From an uncultured Candidatus Saccharibacteria bacterium (lineage in GTDB: Bacteria > Patescibacteriota > Minisyncoccia > JAHISW01 > Tagabacteraceae), in NCBI GenBank assembly GCA_964601305.1, contig CAZRMW010000003.1, positions 3,116 through 67,115 on the forward strand: a DNA stretch of 64,000 nucleotides, in the 5' to 3' direction. Numbering within the stretch: position 1 is the stretch's first letter; each line of letters opens with the position of its first letter. The notes under the pieces are model-generated. The model had not been told where the DNA came from and searched no databases. It was given only the letters and a program-made list of their open reading frames with translations. A program made the translations under genes and the position numbers. Of the stretch, positions 27,309 to 38,118 are shown piece after piece.

Positions 27309-28922
27309 TTATTTTTGACTTATAGGTAATTCTATATAAAATGTAGAGCCTTTGTTTTCTCCTGGAGACTCTGCCCATATTTTTCCATTATGGTCTTCCA
27401 TAATTTTTTTTGCAACATATAGCCCCAATCCAGACCCATCTGTGTGAAGCTTGGAAATATCGGAAGACCGTGTAAATTTTTGGAAGATTTTTATCATAGT
27501 GTCTTTCGATATACCTACTCCAGAATCTTGTATTTTTACTAAGCAAACATTTTTTTCTTTATCTGTGCTTAGAAATACTTTTACAAAACCTTTTTGCGTG
27601 TATTTTATGGCATTGTCTATGATATTTGAAACAACCTGAATTACTTTATTTTTATCTGCTTTTACATTGCAAGATTGTTTATCACAACTAAAACTAAGTT
27701 TAATAATTTCTGCTTTTTTGTTGTTTGCTATAAAATCTTCTGTAAGTTTTTTAACAGCATCTTTTAGATCAAACTCCATAAAGTCGTATTTCATCCTTCC
27801 CATTTCTATACGGCTAATATTTAGGAAATCTTCTATCATGTTTACAACTCTCTGGCTTGCTTCAAAAATTTTCTCAATAGTTTCTTTTGTTTGCCCTTTA
27901 AGTTCGCCAAAATCTCCTTCGATAAGCATAGAAGAATAACCCTTTATGGCAGTAAGGGGTGTTCTAAGTTGGTGAGATGCGATAGAAAGAAACTCTGACT
28001 TTGCTTCGTCTAATTTTTTTAGCTCTGTGTTTGCTATCTTTAGTCTTTTTGAAGCTTGCGCCAATTCCTCTTTTATTCTAACTTCTTCTACAACCCCCCT
28101 AACGAGCATGTAGCCAAAAAATGCAACTAAACCAAAAATAGAAAATTTTAAAACGTACTCAGTGCTAGTTGTCGATAAAAAGGCGTCTATTAAGAGAAAA
28201 ACGGAAATAATAATACTAAGCATTTCAACAGCAATAACTTTTATATTCATTAGTTGGTGCTTGGTAATGGCATATACAATGAAGCCCGTCATTATCATAG
28301 AGGTGGCTTGCCCCAACCAGTTGAAATCAAAAATACCAAAAGTTGGAAGAATTAGGTTTGTAGTGTTGCCAATTATAGATGGAATAAAAATACCAGGAAG
28401 GATTACTTTTAATTGTGTTTTGAGTAGTCCTGTGCTTTCTTTTATCTTTTTGTAAAGTACTAAAAAAATTGCAAGAAAATACAGTATAAAATATACATTA
28501 TAAACTAAATAATATGTTCCCCAGAGAATGGTTTTTTCCTGCCCAGGTACAATTTGTACTCCGGTAATGACTAGGTTTTTAATGCTAGTTAAAATTAAAA
28601 TTGTAAAAACTGGCCCCCACAAAAGAATTTTAAGAATCCTTGATATGTTTAATTCCCCTGTGGGGAAACCTATAGAAAAACACAAAAGTGTTGGTGGAAT
28701 AAATATAGCAACATCGTACAAAATAATGGCCCACCACAAAGACAAATCTATCGAGGATGAGATTCTATAAAAAAACATAGTTAGAGACCACATAGCCACC
28801 GAAAGAACAAAATAAATAAACCATCTGTTTTCTTTTTGATATCTGTTTCTAAAAAAGACAACAGCGCCCAAAATTAGATTAACAAAAAGGGCTGTGATTA
28901 ATAAGATGCTTTGGTAGTCCAT
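27309..28922 (-). CDS. sensor histidine kinase with N-terminal multi-TM (7TM-type) domain
   Basis: ASHQLRTPL, NAIKY, DSGVG, GSGLGL. Confidence 0.92.
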   Translation of the reverse strand: MDYQSILLITALFVNLILGAVVFFRNRYQKENRWFIYFVLSVAMWSLTMFFYRISSSIDLSLWWAIILYDVAIFIPPTLLCFSIGFPTGELNISRILKILLWGPVFTILILTSIKNLVITGVQIVPGQEKTILWGTYYLVYNVYFILYFLAIFLVLYKKIKESTGLLKTQLKVILPGIFIPSIIGNTTNLILPTFGIFDFNWLGQATSMIMTGFIVYAITKHQLMNIKVIAVEMLSIIISVFLLIDAFLSTTSTEYVLKFSIFGLVAFFGYMLVRGVVEEVRIKEELAQASKRLKIANTELKKLDEAKSEFLSIASHQLRTPLTAIKGYSSMLIEGDFGELKGQTKETIEKIFEASQRVVNMIEDFLNISRIEMGRMKYDFMEFDLKDAVKKLTEDFIANNKKAEIIKLSFSCDKQSCNVKADKNKVIQVVSNIIDNAIKYTQKGFVKVFLSTDKEKNVCLVKIQDSGVGISKDTMIKIFQKFTRSSDISKLHTDGSGLGLYVAKKIMEDHNGKIWAESPGENKGSTFYIELPISQK

Positions 28923-29974
28923 ATATTTTTTATATTATCTAAATATTTTTTTGGATATATTTTACTTTGTCTTTGATAATTTTTTCTTTTAAAATTTAAC
29001 TTCGCGCTAAGTTCTCCAGATTTTTCTATAATCTCGTTGCTTAGCTCCCCTAACTCATATTTTGGTAGATCATTTGTGGCTGCTATTATTAATGTTTCTC
29101 CCAAACAAGAAAAGATATCGTGTTTTTCTGCAAGCCCCATATTGAAATGGCAATTGATATTTTCTGTTGACAATACTCCCCCGTCAATTACTAAAACATC
29201 GTTTCTTTGCTTGAGGACTTCTGGTGATATATCTGTCGGCTGTGCATCGTCTACGATAATTGCCCCAGACATTAAATCTTCTGGTGTAATTAGTGCTTCA
29301 GGGGCGCTTGTAGCAGCTATAATTAATTCCGCATTTTTGATATCTTTAATCTGATGGGAAACTTTTACTTTTGTGTTTGGCTGGTTTTCTTTTATGTTTT
29401 TTAGGGCTTTTTCTAGCAGGTCTCCTTTTCTTTGAAGATCTATAAGAAGAATATTTTTAATACCTTTGCTTGCAAGGTACCTTGCAGAGTTTGAGCCTAT
29501 TGAACCAGCGGCGCCTACCACTGCAAGTGTAATTTTGTTTTTATCTAAATTAAAATCTTTCAAGGCTCTTAATGCGCAAGAGCAAACATTGTAAGAAGTA
29601 AATGCATGGCCTGGAGTGATTCTTATATTAACTTTATCTTTTATTAGTTTTCCACCAGCAGTTACAGATGAAGTAAGCGCTCCTAGGCCGACTATCTTGG
29701 CTCCCATTTTTTCTGCTTTATTTATTGCGTCTACTATTCTTTTTTGTGCTAGTTTTCGACGCTCTAGCATTTGTTTGGCTGTTAGGGGTATACCTATTAT
29801 CCATCCTTTTATTTCTTCGTTGTTTTTTTCAAGCCCCGTTATCTTTGAAACTACTATAGGTGGCCAGTGCAAACACCAAAATTCTACCAACTTTTTAGGT
29901 AAATATTTGGTAAATTTGAATTTTCTGTGGACATCTGTATAGTCCCTAGAATGTACTAAAAACGCAAATTTCAT
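28898..29974 (-). CDS. acyl-ACP/acyl-CoA reductase-like Rossmann protein
   Basis: FAFLVH, VGLGALTS, GAAGSIG, DDAQP, SCLGE; resembles the fatty-aldehyde-forming acyl-ACP reductase family. Confidence 0.7.
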   Translation of the reverse strand: MKFAFLVHSRDYTDVHRKFKFTKYLPKKLVEFWCLHWPPIVVSKITGLEKNNEEIKGWIIGIPLTAKQMLERRKLAQKRIVDAINKAEKMGAKIVGLGALTSSVTAGGKLIKDKVNIRITPGHAFTSYNVCSCALRALKDFNLDKNKITLAVVGAAGSIGSNSARYLASKGIKNILLIDLQRKGDLLEKALKNIKENQPNTKVKVSHQIKDIKNAELIIAATSAPEALITPEDLMSGAIIVDDAQPTDISPEVLKQRNDVLVIDGGVLSTENINCHFNMGLAEKHDIFSCLGETLIIAATNDLPKYELGELSNEIIEKSGELSAKLNFKRKNYQRQSKIYPKKYLDNIKNIWTTKASY

Positions 29975-29989
29975 AGCCTTTATTATACA

Positions 29990-30628
29990 CTACCTCAATG
30001 TTTTGTATAAGTTTTCTATTATTTTCTTCATATATTCAGCACCCTCTTCTGGAGTTAAATCATTAGGAAGATGAAAGATATTCCCAAATTTTATTTGGTA
30101 TCTTTTGCAAAAACCATTTTCCTTCATCTTAAAAACAACTGGTAAAATTCTTACATTAGTTTTTAAAGCTAAATAAGAAGCACCTCTTTTAAATGGACAT
30201 ATTTCTTTTTCACGACAAACCCTACCTTCGGGGTGTAGAAAAACAACCCCATTGTTTTTAATAATGTTTTCCGGTTCTTTTAATGCAATATCCAAACCTT
30301 TGCCCCTAATAGCCGGAAAGACTCCAAATGTTTTGTAAACTAATTTTATAAAACCAATCTTAAAAAGAAGGTTCACAAAAGGATTATTAAAAAAATTGTT
30401 TTCTCCCATTATTTTTATTGGGTGGAGCTTGGATCTTAGGGACATTGCACCTCCCATAGCAAAGGTATCTAAAGAAAATTTATGGTTTCCGATAATAAGT
30501 AGTGGGCCGGACAGATTTTTTATTTTTTCTGGATTTACAACTTCGAACTTAAAAAAAATCTTGAAGAGAATCTTCATTAATCCAGTTACGAGTATTTTTT
30601 GTGTCCACTTAGAAAAAAAATCTTTCAT
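29990..30628 (-). CDS. PlsC-like lysophospholipid acyltransferase
   Basis: NHKFSLD (HX4D), PEGR, PFKRG. Confidence 0.88.
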   Translation of the reverse strand: MKDFFSKWTQKILVTGLMKILFKIFFKFEVVNPEKIKNLSGPLLIIGNHKFSLDTFAMGGAMSLRSKLHPIKIMGENNFFNNPFVNLLFKIGFIKLVYKTFGVFPAIRGKGLDIALKEPENIIKNNGVVFLHPEGRVCREKEICPFKRGASYLALKTNVRILPVVFKMKENGFCKRYQIKFGNIFHLPNDLTPEEGAEYMKKIIENLYKTLR

Positions 30629-30678
30629 TATAAATATATTGACTTAATTTTTATATTTTCTACAATATGTAGATACCT

Positions 30679-30751
30679 GCCCCGTTAGCTCAGCTGGTAG
30701 AGCAGCTCCCTTTTAAGGAGACGGTCGGGGGTTCGAATCCCTCACGGGGTA
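30679..30751 (+). tRNA. tRNA-Lys(UUU)
   Basis: acceptor GCCCCGT/ACGGGGT, anticodon loop CTTTTAA, GTTCGAATC T-loop; CCA not encoded; promoter TTGACT-16-TACAAT. Confidence 0.97.
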
Positions 30752-30765
30752 CAAAACAAAATATT

Positions 30766-31824
30766 TTATATCCCTTCTTTTTTCAACTCTTCTATCAGTT
30801 TTTTACTTTTTCTAGAAAGATTTTTGGGTAATTCTACCTTTATTTTTACCATTAAATCTCCTCTACTACTTGTGCTGATCGGTACACCCTTTTTCTTTAC
30901 TCTTAAAATTTCTCCAGTATTTACTCCTGTAGGAATTTTGAGCTCTATATTTCCATCTAATGTTTCTATTTTTCTTTTACCCCCAAGAAGTGCTTCGGAA
31001 AGAGGAATGCTTAAATCTAATGTTAGATTGTTCCCTTCTCTTTTGAAAGTAAAATCTTCCTTTACATGTATTTTTATATACAAATCTCCGGCTACTCCAC
31101 CAGTTATGGCTTCACCTTTTTGGACGAGCTTTATCATTTCCCCATTGTAAATTCCCGCGGGCACATCTATAACTATTTCTTCTGGTTTTTTAACTATTCC
31201 TTCTCCACGACAGGCTTTACATTTTTTGGAAGGAATTTTGCCAGAACCTATACATTTGGAGCATGTTTTTACAGAAGTAAAAGCACCGAAAAAAGATTGC
31301 TTGGTTTCATTTATTTTTCCTGCACCATTACAATATTTACAGGTATTAAAAGCGGCATCTGGCGCGGCCCCATTCCCTTTGCAGTCTTCACAAAAAGCAT
31401 GTTTTGTAAGAAGAACTTTTCTTGTTGTTCCAAAAATAGACTCTCTAAAAGATAGTTCAAGATCTATAGCAATGTCTCTCCCTCTTCTTTTTTGTCTACC
31501 TCCTCCACCAGAAAAACCAAATATATCTCCAAACATATCTCCTAAGTTTGAAAAGTCTGCGGATTGAAATCCACTAAAATCGAATCCACCTCCTGGCTGT
31601 CCACCTCCTGCACCACTAAAAACCTGGCCATACCTGTCGTATTCAGATCTCCTTTGTTCGTTTCCTAAAATATAATATGCCTCGTTTATTTCTTTAAACT
31701 TTGCTTCGTCCCCACCTTTTTTGTCTGGGTGGTATTTGTGTGCTAGCTTTCGGTAAGCCTTCTTAAGCTCTTCTTTGGAAGAGCTTTTATTAACACCTAA
31801 AACTTGATAATAATCTTTACTCAT
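30766..31824 (-). CDS. dnaJ: chaperone DnaJ
   Basis: HPD, CxxCxGxG repeats. Confidence 0.97.
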   Translation of the reverse strand: MSKDYYQVLGVNKSSSKEELKKAYRKLAHKYHPDKKGGDEAKFKEINEAYYILGNEQRRSEYDRYGQVFSGAGGGQPGGGFDFSGFQSADFSNLGDMFGDIFGFSGGGGRQKRRGRDIAIDLELSFRESIFGTTRKVLLTKHAFCEDCKGNGAAPDAAFNTCKYCNGAGKINETKQSFFGAFTSVKTCSKCIGSGKIPSKKCKACRGEGIVKKPEEIVIDVPAGIYNGEMIKLVQKGEAITGGVAGDLYIKIHVKEDFTFKREGNNLTLDLSIPLSEALLGGKRKIETLDGNIELKIPTGVNTGEILRVKKKGVPISTSSRGDLMVKIKVELPKNLSRKSKKLIEELKKEGI

Positions 31825-33760
31825 CTTTTTTATCTTTGCTTGCCTCGTCTTCAGACGAGTCTTCGTTTTTGTTGTCGTCTACTTCTTTGTATTCTGCATC
31901 TTTTACAGTATCATCTTTTGGAGCTTCGTCTGTTTTTGGTGCTTCTGTTGCTGGCCCTGCATCTTTATACATCTCTGCGCCAATTTTTTGAATTTCAGAA
32001 GATAGTACTTCGGTTTTAGATTTTATTTCAGCTATATCGTTTTTGTCTTTTATATCTTTTAATTCTTTTATTTTTTCTTCAATATTTTTCTTAACGTTTT
32101 CATCTAATTTGTCTCCCGCATCTTTCATAGCTTTTTCTGCTGTGTAAACTAAAGTATCTGCAGTATTTTTTATTTCCAAATCTTCTTTTTTCTTTTTGTC
32201 TTCTTCTGCGTGTGCTTCTGCATCTTGTTTCATTTTTTCTATCTCTTCTTTAGATAAATCCGAAGAAGCTTCTATTCTAATAGATTGCTCTTTGTTTGTT
32301 GCTTTATCTTTTGCTTTTACACTCAAAATGCCGTTTGCATCTATATCAAACATTACTTCAACTTGTGGCACGCCACGTGGTGCTGGTGGAATACCATCCA
32401 AGATAAATCTGCCAAGTGTCCTGTTGTCGTTTGCCATACCTCTTTCCCCTTGAAGTACATGTATTTCTACAGAGCCCTGATTGTCTTGGGCAGTAGAAAA
32501 AACCTGCGACCGAGAAACAGGTACAGTGGTATTTTTTTCTATTGTTTTCGTCATTACGCCACCTAGCGTCTCCAATCCTAAAGACAAAGGTGTCACATCG
32601 AGAAGAAGAACATCCTTTACATCTCCTTGTAAAACTCCTGCTTGAATGGCTGCTCCAGAGGCTACAACTTCATCTGGATTAATAGATTTGTTCGGTTCTT
32701 TATTAAAGAGTTCTTTTACGGCATTTTGTATGGCAGGCATTCTTGTTTGTCCACCAACTAAAATTATTTCGTCTATATCAGAAATTTTAAAACCAGCAGC
32801 ATCTACTGCTTCTTTTGTAATTTTTACAGACCGGTCTATATATTCACTTACTAAGTCTTCCAATTTTGATCTAGATAGTTTTAGTAGCAAATGTTGTGGT
32901 CCGTTTTCGTTTGAAGTAATAAAAGGTATATTTATTTCGGTTTCTACTGTGCTTGAAAGTTCGTGCTTTGACTTTTCTGCAGCTTCTTTTAGACGCTGAA
33001 GCGCTAATTGATCTTTAGAAATATCTATACCGCTTTCTTTTTTAAATTCATTTATAATCCAATCTATTATTTTTTGATCTAAATCGTCTCCACCCAAATG
33101 TGTATCTCCGTCGGTAGACTTTACTTCTATAACATCGTCGCCAACTTCGAGAACTGACACATCAAATGTTCCACCACCAAAATCATAAACAACAATTTGT
33201 TCATTTTTCCTTTTATTAAATCCATATGCTAGAGCTGCCGCTGTAGGTTCGTTTAAAATTCTTTTTACTTTAAAACCTGCAATTTCTCCTGCATCTTTGG
33301 TGGCCTTTCTTTGGCTGTCGTTGAAGTAGGCCGGTACTGTAATAATAGCTTCTTCTATTTTTTCTCCCACTCTGCTTTCGGCATCTTTTTTAAGTTTTTG
33401 TAAAAACATAGCAGAAATTTCTGCTGGCCTGTGCCATTTGTCTCCCATTTTTAGCTCCACTCCATCGCCACTGCCGCTTCGCAGTTCGTATGGCAAAAGC
33501 TCTTTATCTTTTTGTATTTCTTCGTCAGAAAATTTTCTACCAATAAGTCTTTTGGCAGAAAAAATAGTATTTTGAGGGTTTGTAATTGCCTGTCTTTTTG
33601 CCAAGAGTCCTACCACCCTCTCTCCTGCTTTTGAAACACCAACAATAGAAGGTGTGGTTCTACCTCCTTCGTCGTTTTCTAAAATTTTTGGTTCACCACC
33701 CTCTACAATAGCCATTGCTGAGTTTGTTGTACCTAAGTCTATTCCTAATATTTTTGACAT
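31817..33760 (-). CDS. dnaK: chaperone DnaK
   Basis: [23 protein letters not shown]. Confidence 0.98.
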   Translation of the reverse strand: MSKILGIDLGTTNSAMAIVEGGEPKILENDEGGRTTPSIVGVSKAGERVVGLLAKRQAITNPQNTIFSAKRLIGRKFSDEEIQKDKELLPYELRSGSGDGVELKMGDKWHRPAEISAMFLQKLKKDAESRVGEKIEEAIITVPAYFNDSQRKATKDAGEIAGFKVKRILNEPTAAALAYGFNKRKNEQIVVYDFGGGTFDVSVLEVGDDVIEVKSTDGDTHLGGDDLDQKIIDWIINEFKKESGIDISKDQLALQRLKEAAEKSKHELSSTVETEINIPFITSNENGPQHLLLKLSRSKLEDLVSEYIDRSVKITKEAVDAAGFKISDIDEIILVGGQTRMPAIQNAVKELFNKEPNKSINPDEVVASGAAIQAGVLQGDVKDVLLLDVTPLSLGLETLGGVMTKTIEKNTTVPVSRSQVFSTAQDNQGSVEIHVLQGERGMANDNRTLGRFILDGIPPAPRGVPQVEVMFDIDANGILSVKAKDKATNKEQSIRIEASSDLSKEEIEKMKQDAEAHAEEDKKKKEDLEIKNTADTLVYTAEKAMKDAGDKLDENVKKNIEEKIKELKDIKDKNDIAEIKSKTEVLSSEIQKIGAEMYKDAGPATEAPKTDEAPKDDTVKDAEYKEVDDNKNEDSSEDEASKDKKDE

Positions 33761-33776
33761 AATTTTTTATAAATTT

Positions 33777-34262
33777 TTATTTGCTAATTTTTACTTTTGC
33801 AGCTCTTAAAATTTTACCGTTTAAAACGTATCCTTTTTGAATCTCTTCTACAATTTCCCCTTCTTTCAAATCTGATTTCACTTCTTCTACTGATTCATGG
33901 AAAATTGGATTAAACTTTTCGCCTCCCGTTTTTATTATTTCAAGCCCATTTTTCTCTAAAATGCTTAGCAGTTGAGATTTTATTAAATCAAAACCTTTGT
34001 CATATTCATTTTTTAGGGCAATATCAAAACTATCTAAAACGATTAAAATTTCAGTAATTAAAAGCTGGTTAGAAAATTTCGAAAACTTAGACCTCTTTTC
34101 TTCTTCCTCTTTTCTAGCGTTTATAAAATCAGCTTTTGCTCTTTGCCATCCATCTAAATACTCGTTTTTTTCCTTTTGGCATTTTTTCAGCTGACTTTTC
34201 AGTTTTTTAAGTTTGTCGTCCTCGTTTTCATTTTCTAGTTCAATTTGAATATCATCAGACAT
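33777..34262 (-). CDS. grpE: nucleotide exchange factor GrpE
   Basis: RAKADFINARK, FNPIFHE, KGY...RAAKV. Confidence 0.95.
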   Translation of the reverse strand: MSDDIQIELENENEDDKLKKLKSQLKKCQKEKNEYLDGWQRAKADFINARKEEEEKRSKFSKFSNQLLITEILIVLDSFDIALKNEYDKGFDLIKSQLLSILEKNGLEIIKTGGEKFNPIFHESVEEVKSDLKEGEIVEEIQKGYVLNGKILRAAKVKISK

Positions 34263-34263
34263 A

Positions 34264-34337
34264 TTAGTGTTTAGTGTTTAGGGACTAGTGTTTAGGAAAC
34301 TTTTTCTAATCACCAATTACTAGTGGCTAATACCTAG
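34264..34337. repeat. degenerate heptamer arrays in inverted arrangement
   Basis: TTAGTGT-type units followed by CTAATCA-type units. Confidence 0.7.
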
Positions 34338-34804
34338 CGCTTGCTCCATTGTGCAGCTTTTCTTGCTTTCTTTAGTCCAAACTTTCTTCTTTCTTTCGCT
34401 CTAGGGTCTCTTGTTAGGAAACCTTCCGGTTTTAATATTAGCCTAAATTCTGGATTGAATTTAAGGAGTGCCCTGCTTATCCCCAATCTTATTGCTCCAG
34501 CTTGCGAACTAATTCCGCCTCCCTTTACTTTTACGCTTATAAAAAAGTTTTTTAAAACTTCAACTTTTTTAAGAGGGGCTTTTACTGTATCTCGAAGCTC
34601 TTTAATTGGTAGATAAGTTAACATTGCTTTGTCGTTTATTAAAACATCTCCTTTTTTGCCTTCAGTGGGTTTCTCAAAAAGCCTCACTCTTGCAACAGAG
34701 CTTTTTCTCCTTCCCACAGCTTCAAAGTACTTTCCGCCAGCTGGCGAATTTTTCTTCTTTCTTGCCCCGCTCGGCGGGGTTGTTTTTTCTTTTTTTTCTG
34801 GCAT
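34334..34804 (-). CDS. rpsI: 30S ribosomal protein S9
   Basis: GRRKSSVARV, GGG, ERRKFGLKKARKAAQWSKR. Confidence 0.97.
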   Translation of the reverse strand: MPEKKEKTTPPSGARKKKNSPAGGKYFEAVGRRKSSVARVRLFEKPTEGKKGDVLINDKAMLTYLPIKELRDTVKAPLKKVEVLKNFFISVKVKGGGISSQAGAIRLGISRALLKFNPEFRLILKPEGFLTRDPRAKERRKFGLKKARKAAQWSKR

Positions 34805-34806
34805 AT

Positions 34807-35154
34807 TTATGCAAATTTAATATTTTTTAACATCTCTTTTCTCAATTTGTTTTTTGGAAGCATTCCTCTTACAACTTTCAAAAACAACTTGTTTGGATCG
34901 TTTTTAAGCATTGTTTCAAACTTAATTGTCTTTAAACCGCCAGGATATCCAGAAAATCTCTTGTACTCTTTATCGTTTAATTTGTTTCCAGACAACTTTA
35001 TTTTCTCGACATTAGATATTTTTACTTCTACTTTTGGAGCAATGTTTGGCTGAAAACTCGGACTATTTTTCCCACGCAAAATTATCGCTACCTCGGATGC
35101 CAGCCTACCAAGTATTTTACCCTCTGCATTTATTTCATATAAATTCTTTTCCAT
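34807..35154 (-). CDS. rplM: 50S ribosomal protein L13
   Basis: LGRLAS, SGYPGGLK, GMLPKN. Confidence 0.96.
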   Translation of the reverse strand: MEKNLYEINAEGKILGRLASEVAIILRGKNSPSFQPNIAPKVEVKISNVEKIKLSGNKLNDKEYKRFSGYPGGLKTIKFETMLKNDPNKLFLKVVRGMLPKNKLRKEMLKNIKFA

Positions 35155-35158
35155 GGTT

Positions 35159-35506
35159 TTACACAAATTCGATCACAGCCATTTTACTGCCATCTCCTTT
35201 TCTTGGATTGGTTTTTATAATCCTTGTATAGCCGCCAGTCCTTTTTTTATATCTCGGGGCAATATCTTCAACCAGTTTTTTTACTGAATTTTTGGTAAAA
35301 CTTTCAGCCAAAATACGTCTATTAGCAACGGTATCTTTTCTTGCCTTTGTAATCATTTTTTCTATCTTTGGTCTTAATTCTTTTGCTTTTGCTTCGGTTG
35401 TTTCTATTTTTTCACTCAAAACAAGACTGTTAAGCAACGAATTTATAAGCGCCCTTCTTTGGTCTTTGGTTCTTCCTAATTTTCTTATTTTACTGCCGTG
35501 TTTCAT
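35159..35506 (-). CDS. rplQ: 50S ribosomal protein L17
   Basis: IETTEAKAKE, GGYTRI. Confidence 0.97.
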   Translation of the reverse strand: MKHGSKIRKLGRTKDQRRALINSLLNSLVLSEKIETTEAKAKELRPKIEKMITKARKDTVANRRILAESFTKNSVKKLVEDIAPRYKKRTGGYTRIIKTNPRKGDGSKMAVIEFV

Positions 35507-35510
35507 AATT

Positions 35511-35595
35511 CAGCTTCCAGTACTCAGCTTTCAGCTTTCAGACTATTTAATCACTTTGTTTGTTGTCTGTCTACTGATGGCTGGTAGCTGGCTAC
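35511..35595. repeat. degenerate heptamer arrays in inverted arrangement
   Basis: CAGCTTC CAGTACT CAGCTTT CAGCTTT ... CTGATGG CTGGTAG CTGGCTA. Confidence 0.7.
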
Positions 35596-36630
35596 TTATT
35601 TTAATATTAATCCAAAATTACCTAAGGCTCTTCTTATTTCGTTTAGAGCTTTTTCTCCCAACCCATCTATGCTCAAAAGATCTTCTTCTTTCTTTCTTGT
35701 TAATCCACCCACTGTTCGTATACCAGCCTTTGACAAAGCATTTATCGTTCTACTAGATAGATTTATATCTTCTACCCTTGTTTTTAGAAAGTCTTCTTCT
35801 TCCTTTCCTTTGTCTTCTTCTTTATCTTCTTCTTCCTTTTGCTTAGCCATCTCTTTTTCCTCTTCTTTTCTGATTTTTGCCATTTTTGCTTCTTCTTGTT
35901 TGAATTTTGACTCTTCTATTATTTTTTCTGATTCATCTTCAGAAATACCAACAACAGCACTTAATTGTTTTATTAAAGTTCTTATAGAATTTTCTAAAGC
36001 TTCTCTTGGAGAAATACTTCCATCTGTTTCAATAAGAAATCTTATTTTATTGTAGTCTGTTCTGTCTCCAACACGCATGTTTTCTACTTCGTAATTTACC
36101 CTCTTCACTGGTGTAAACATGGCGTCTAGCATTAAAACCCCAGTTTCTACTTTTTCTTTTTTCAAAACCTCTCTTGGCACATACCCCAAACCTTTTTCTA
36201 CCGTTATCTCTATGTTTAGTTTAGATTTTTTGTCTGTTAAATTTGCAATTACTAAATCTTTATTTAAAATCTCAAGCTGTGACGGAGCTTTGAAGTCTCC
36301 AGCCGAAACCTTTGTAACACCCTTTGCTTCCAAAGTAGCCTTGACAGGTTCCCCGCTCTCTAGATTGAACCTCATTTTTTTAATATTTAAAAGCACGGCA
36401 ATAACATCTTCCTTAATACCTTCCATTGTTGAAAATTCGTGGTTAACGCCGTCTATTTTTACCATAGTTACTGCGGCACCAGGCAAAGAAGAAAGAATAA
36501 CTCTTCTTAGAGAATTTCCTAAAGTGTGCCCATAGCCAGCATAAAGACCCTCCATTTCGTATGTTCCTTTGTTATCTTCCTCCAAAATTATCTTCGGTCT
36601 TGATGGTAAAATTATTTCAAAATTTGACAT
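35596..36630 (-). CDS. rpoA: RNA polymerase alpha subunit
   Basis: GYGHTLGNSLRR, HEFS; alpha-CTD; long charged linker. Confidence 0.97.
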   Translation of the reverse strand: MSNFEIILPSRPKIILEEDNKGTYEMEGLYAGYGHTLGNSLRRVILSSLPGAAVTMVKIDGVNHEFSTMEGIKEDVIAVLLNIKKMRFNLESGEPVKATLEAKGVTKVSAGDFKAPSQLEILNKDLVIANLTDKKSKLNIEITVEKGLGYVPREVLKKEKVETGVLMLDAMFTPVKRVNYEVENMRVGDRTDYNKIRFLIETDGSISPREALENSIRTLIKQLSAVVGISEDESEKIIEESKFKQEEAKMAKIRKEEEKEMAKQKEEEDKEEDKGKEEEDFLKTRVEDINLSSRTINALSKAGIRTVGGLTRKKEEDLLSIDGLGEKALNEIRRALGNFGLILK

Positions 36631-36665
36631 AATATATTTTTTAATTTTAATAATTTATAAAAATT

Positions 36666-37286
36666 TTATCTTGAATAAAAACCAATAACTGAATTTAAAT
36701 TAACTCCTGTTTCTGTTTCTTCAAGTACTGGTGTTTTTACGACTTCGCCAGTTTTTGAAACTTTGTCTAACTTAAGCCATGTTGGTGTATTATATTTTTT
36801 AAGATAAATATCCATATCTGAAAAAACTTTTTTGCCTTCACTCTCTTTTCTTGTAGAAATTTTGTCCCCAACTTTTACTTGTCTTGACGGAATATCTGTT
36901 TTTCTGCCATTTACACAAATATGCCCATGGCCTACTACTTGCCTTGCTATACTTCTAGATTTTGTTAATCCTAGCCTGTAAACAACATTATCTAGCCTAG
37001 ATTCTAAAAGAGAAAGAATAAGAGCTCCTGTATTTGAACCACTTTTGTTCATAGCCTTTCTTACATAGCCTTCAAATTGCTTTTCCCTCAGGCCATACAT
37101 AAACTTTAGTTTTTGTTTTTCTTTTAGTTGCAGACCGTACTCTGAAAGCATTTTAAATCTTTTTGCTCTTTTTCCTGGCGGGTAAGACTTTCGCGTAGTT
37201 GGACATTTGGCAGTAAAACACTTCTCTTCTTTTAAGAAAAGTTTTTGCCCCGCTCGTCTACAAGTTTTACATTTTGTTGTACTCAT
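36666..37286 (-). CDS. rpsD: 30S ribosomal protein S4
   Basis: SEYGLQLKEKQK, LESRLDNVVYR. Confidence 0.97.
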   Translation of the reverse strand: MSTTKCKTCRRAGQKLFLKEEKCFTAKCPTTRKSYPPGKRAKRFKMLSEYGLQLKEKQKLKFMYGLREKQFEGYVRKAMNKSGSNTGALILSLLESRLDNVVYRLGLTKSRSIARQVVGHGHICVNGRKTDIPSRQVKVGDKISTRKESEGKKVFSDMDIYLKKYNTPTWLKLDKVSKTGEVVKTPVLEETETGVNLNSVIGFYSR

Positions 37287-37288
37287 AT

Positions 37289-37723
37289 TTATACTCTTCT
37301 TGGTTTTTTAGCCTTTGGACCATTGTGTGGAATTGGTGTGGTGTCCTTTAGCGAAATAATATCAAAACCTTTGTTTCCAAATGTTCTAATTGCTGATTCA
37401 CGACCACCCCCCACACCTTTTACTTCTATTGCTATTTCTTTTACTCCTATTTTAATCGCTTTTTCCCCTATAAGATCTGCTACTCTTGAAGCTGCAAAAG
37501 GAGTAGCTTTTTTAGCTCCTCTAAAACCAAGGTTACCGGCTGAGGCCCACATAACTGTATTTCCAGCTCTGTCTGTAAAAGTAACTCGTGTATTATTGTA
37601 AGTGGCTTCTATATATACATTGCCCTCCGAAAGTTTTTTCTTGGGAATACGATTAAGAGCCCTCGCCTTCATTTCAGCGCTCATTCCCCCACCTTTTTCT
37701 TTTATAATTCTTTTTTTACCCAT
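37289..37723 (-). CDS. rpsK: 30S ribosomal protein S11
   Basis: ATYNNT, TPFAA, TPIPHNG. Confidence 0.97.
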   Translation of the reverse strand: MGKKRIIKEKGGGMSAEMKARALNRIPKKKLSEGNVYIEATYNNTRVTFTDRAGNTVMWASAGNLGFRGAKKATPFAASRVADLIGEKAIKIGVKEIAIEVKGVGGGRESAIRTFGNKGFDIISLKDTTPIPHNGPKAKKPRRV

Positions 37724-37728
37724 ATTTA

Positions 37729-38112
37729 TTATTTTTTATCAGCCTTTCTTCTTCCGCTAGTCATCGTCCTACGACCCTTGTAAGATCTATTTGTTCTAGA
37801 ATTTGTCTTTGTTCTTTGACCTCGTACTGGTAGCTGTCTAGAATGCCTACCTCCTCTGTAGGTTTTTATATCTTTTAATCTCTTTATATTACCCAAAACA
37901 TCTCTTCTTAAATCTGCCTCTATTCTTTCTTTTTCTACCAAAAGTCTGATTTTGTTTTCTTCTTCTGAAGTAAGATCTTTTACTTTTTTGTCAAAAGGAA
38001 CTTTTACTTCTGTAAGAATTTTTTGCGCGCTAACTTTGCCTATTCCATAAAAATAAGTAAGAGCAATCTCTAATCTTTTGTTTTCTGGTATGTTTACTCC
38101 TGATATTCGCAT
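37729..38112 (-). CDS. rpsM: 30S ribosomal protein S13
   Basis: [19 protein letters not shown]. Confidence 0.97.
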   Translation of the reverse strand: MRISGVNIPENKRLEIALTYFYGIGKVSAQKILTEVKVPFDKKVKDLTSEEENKIRLLVEKERIEADLRRDVLGNIKRLKDIKTYRGGRHSRQLPVRGQRTKTNSRTNRSYKGRRTMTSGRRKADKK

Positions 38113-38118
38113 GTGTTT

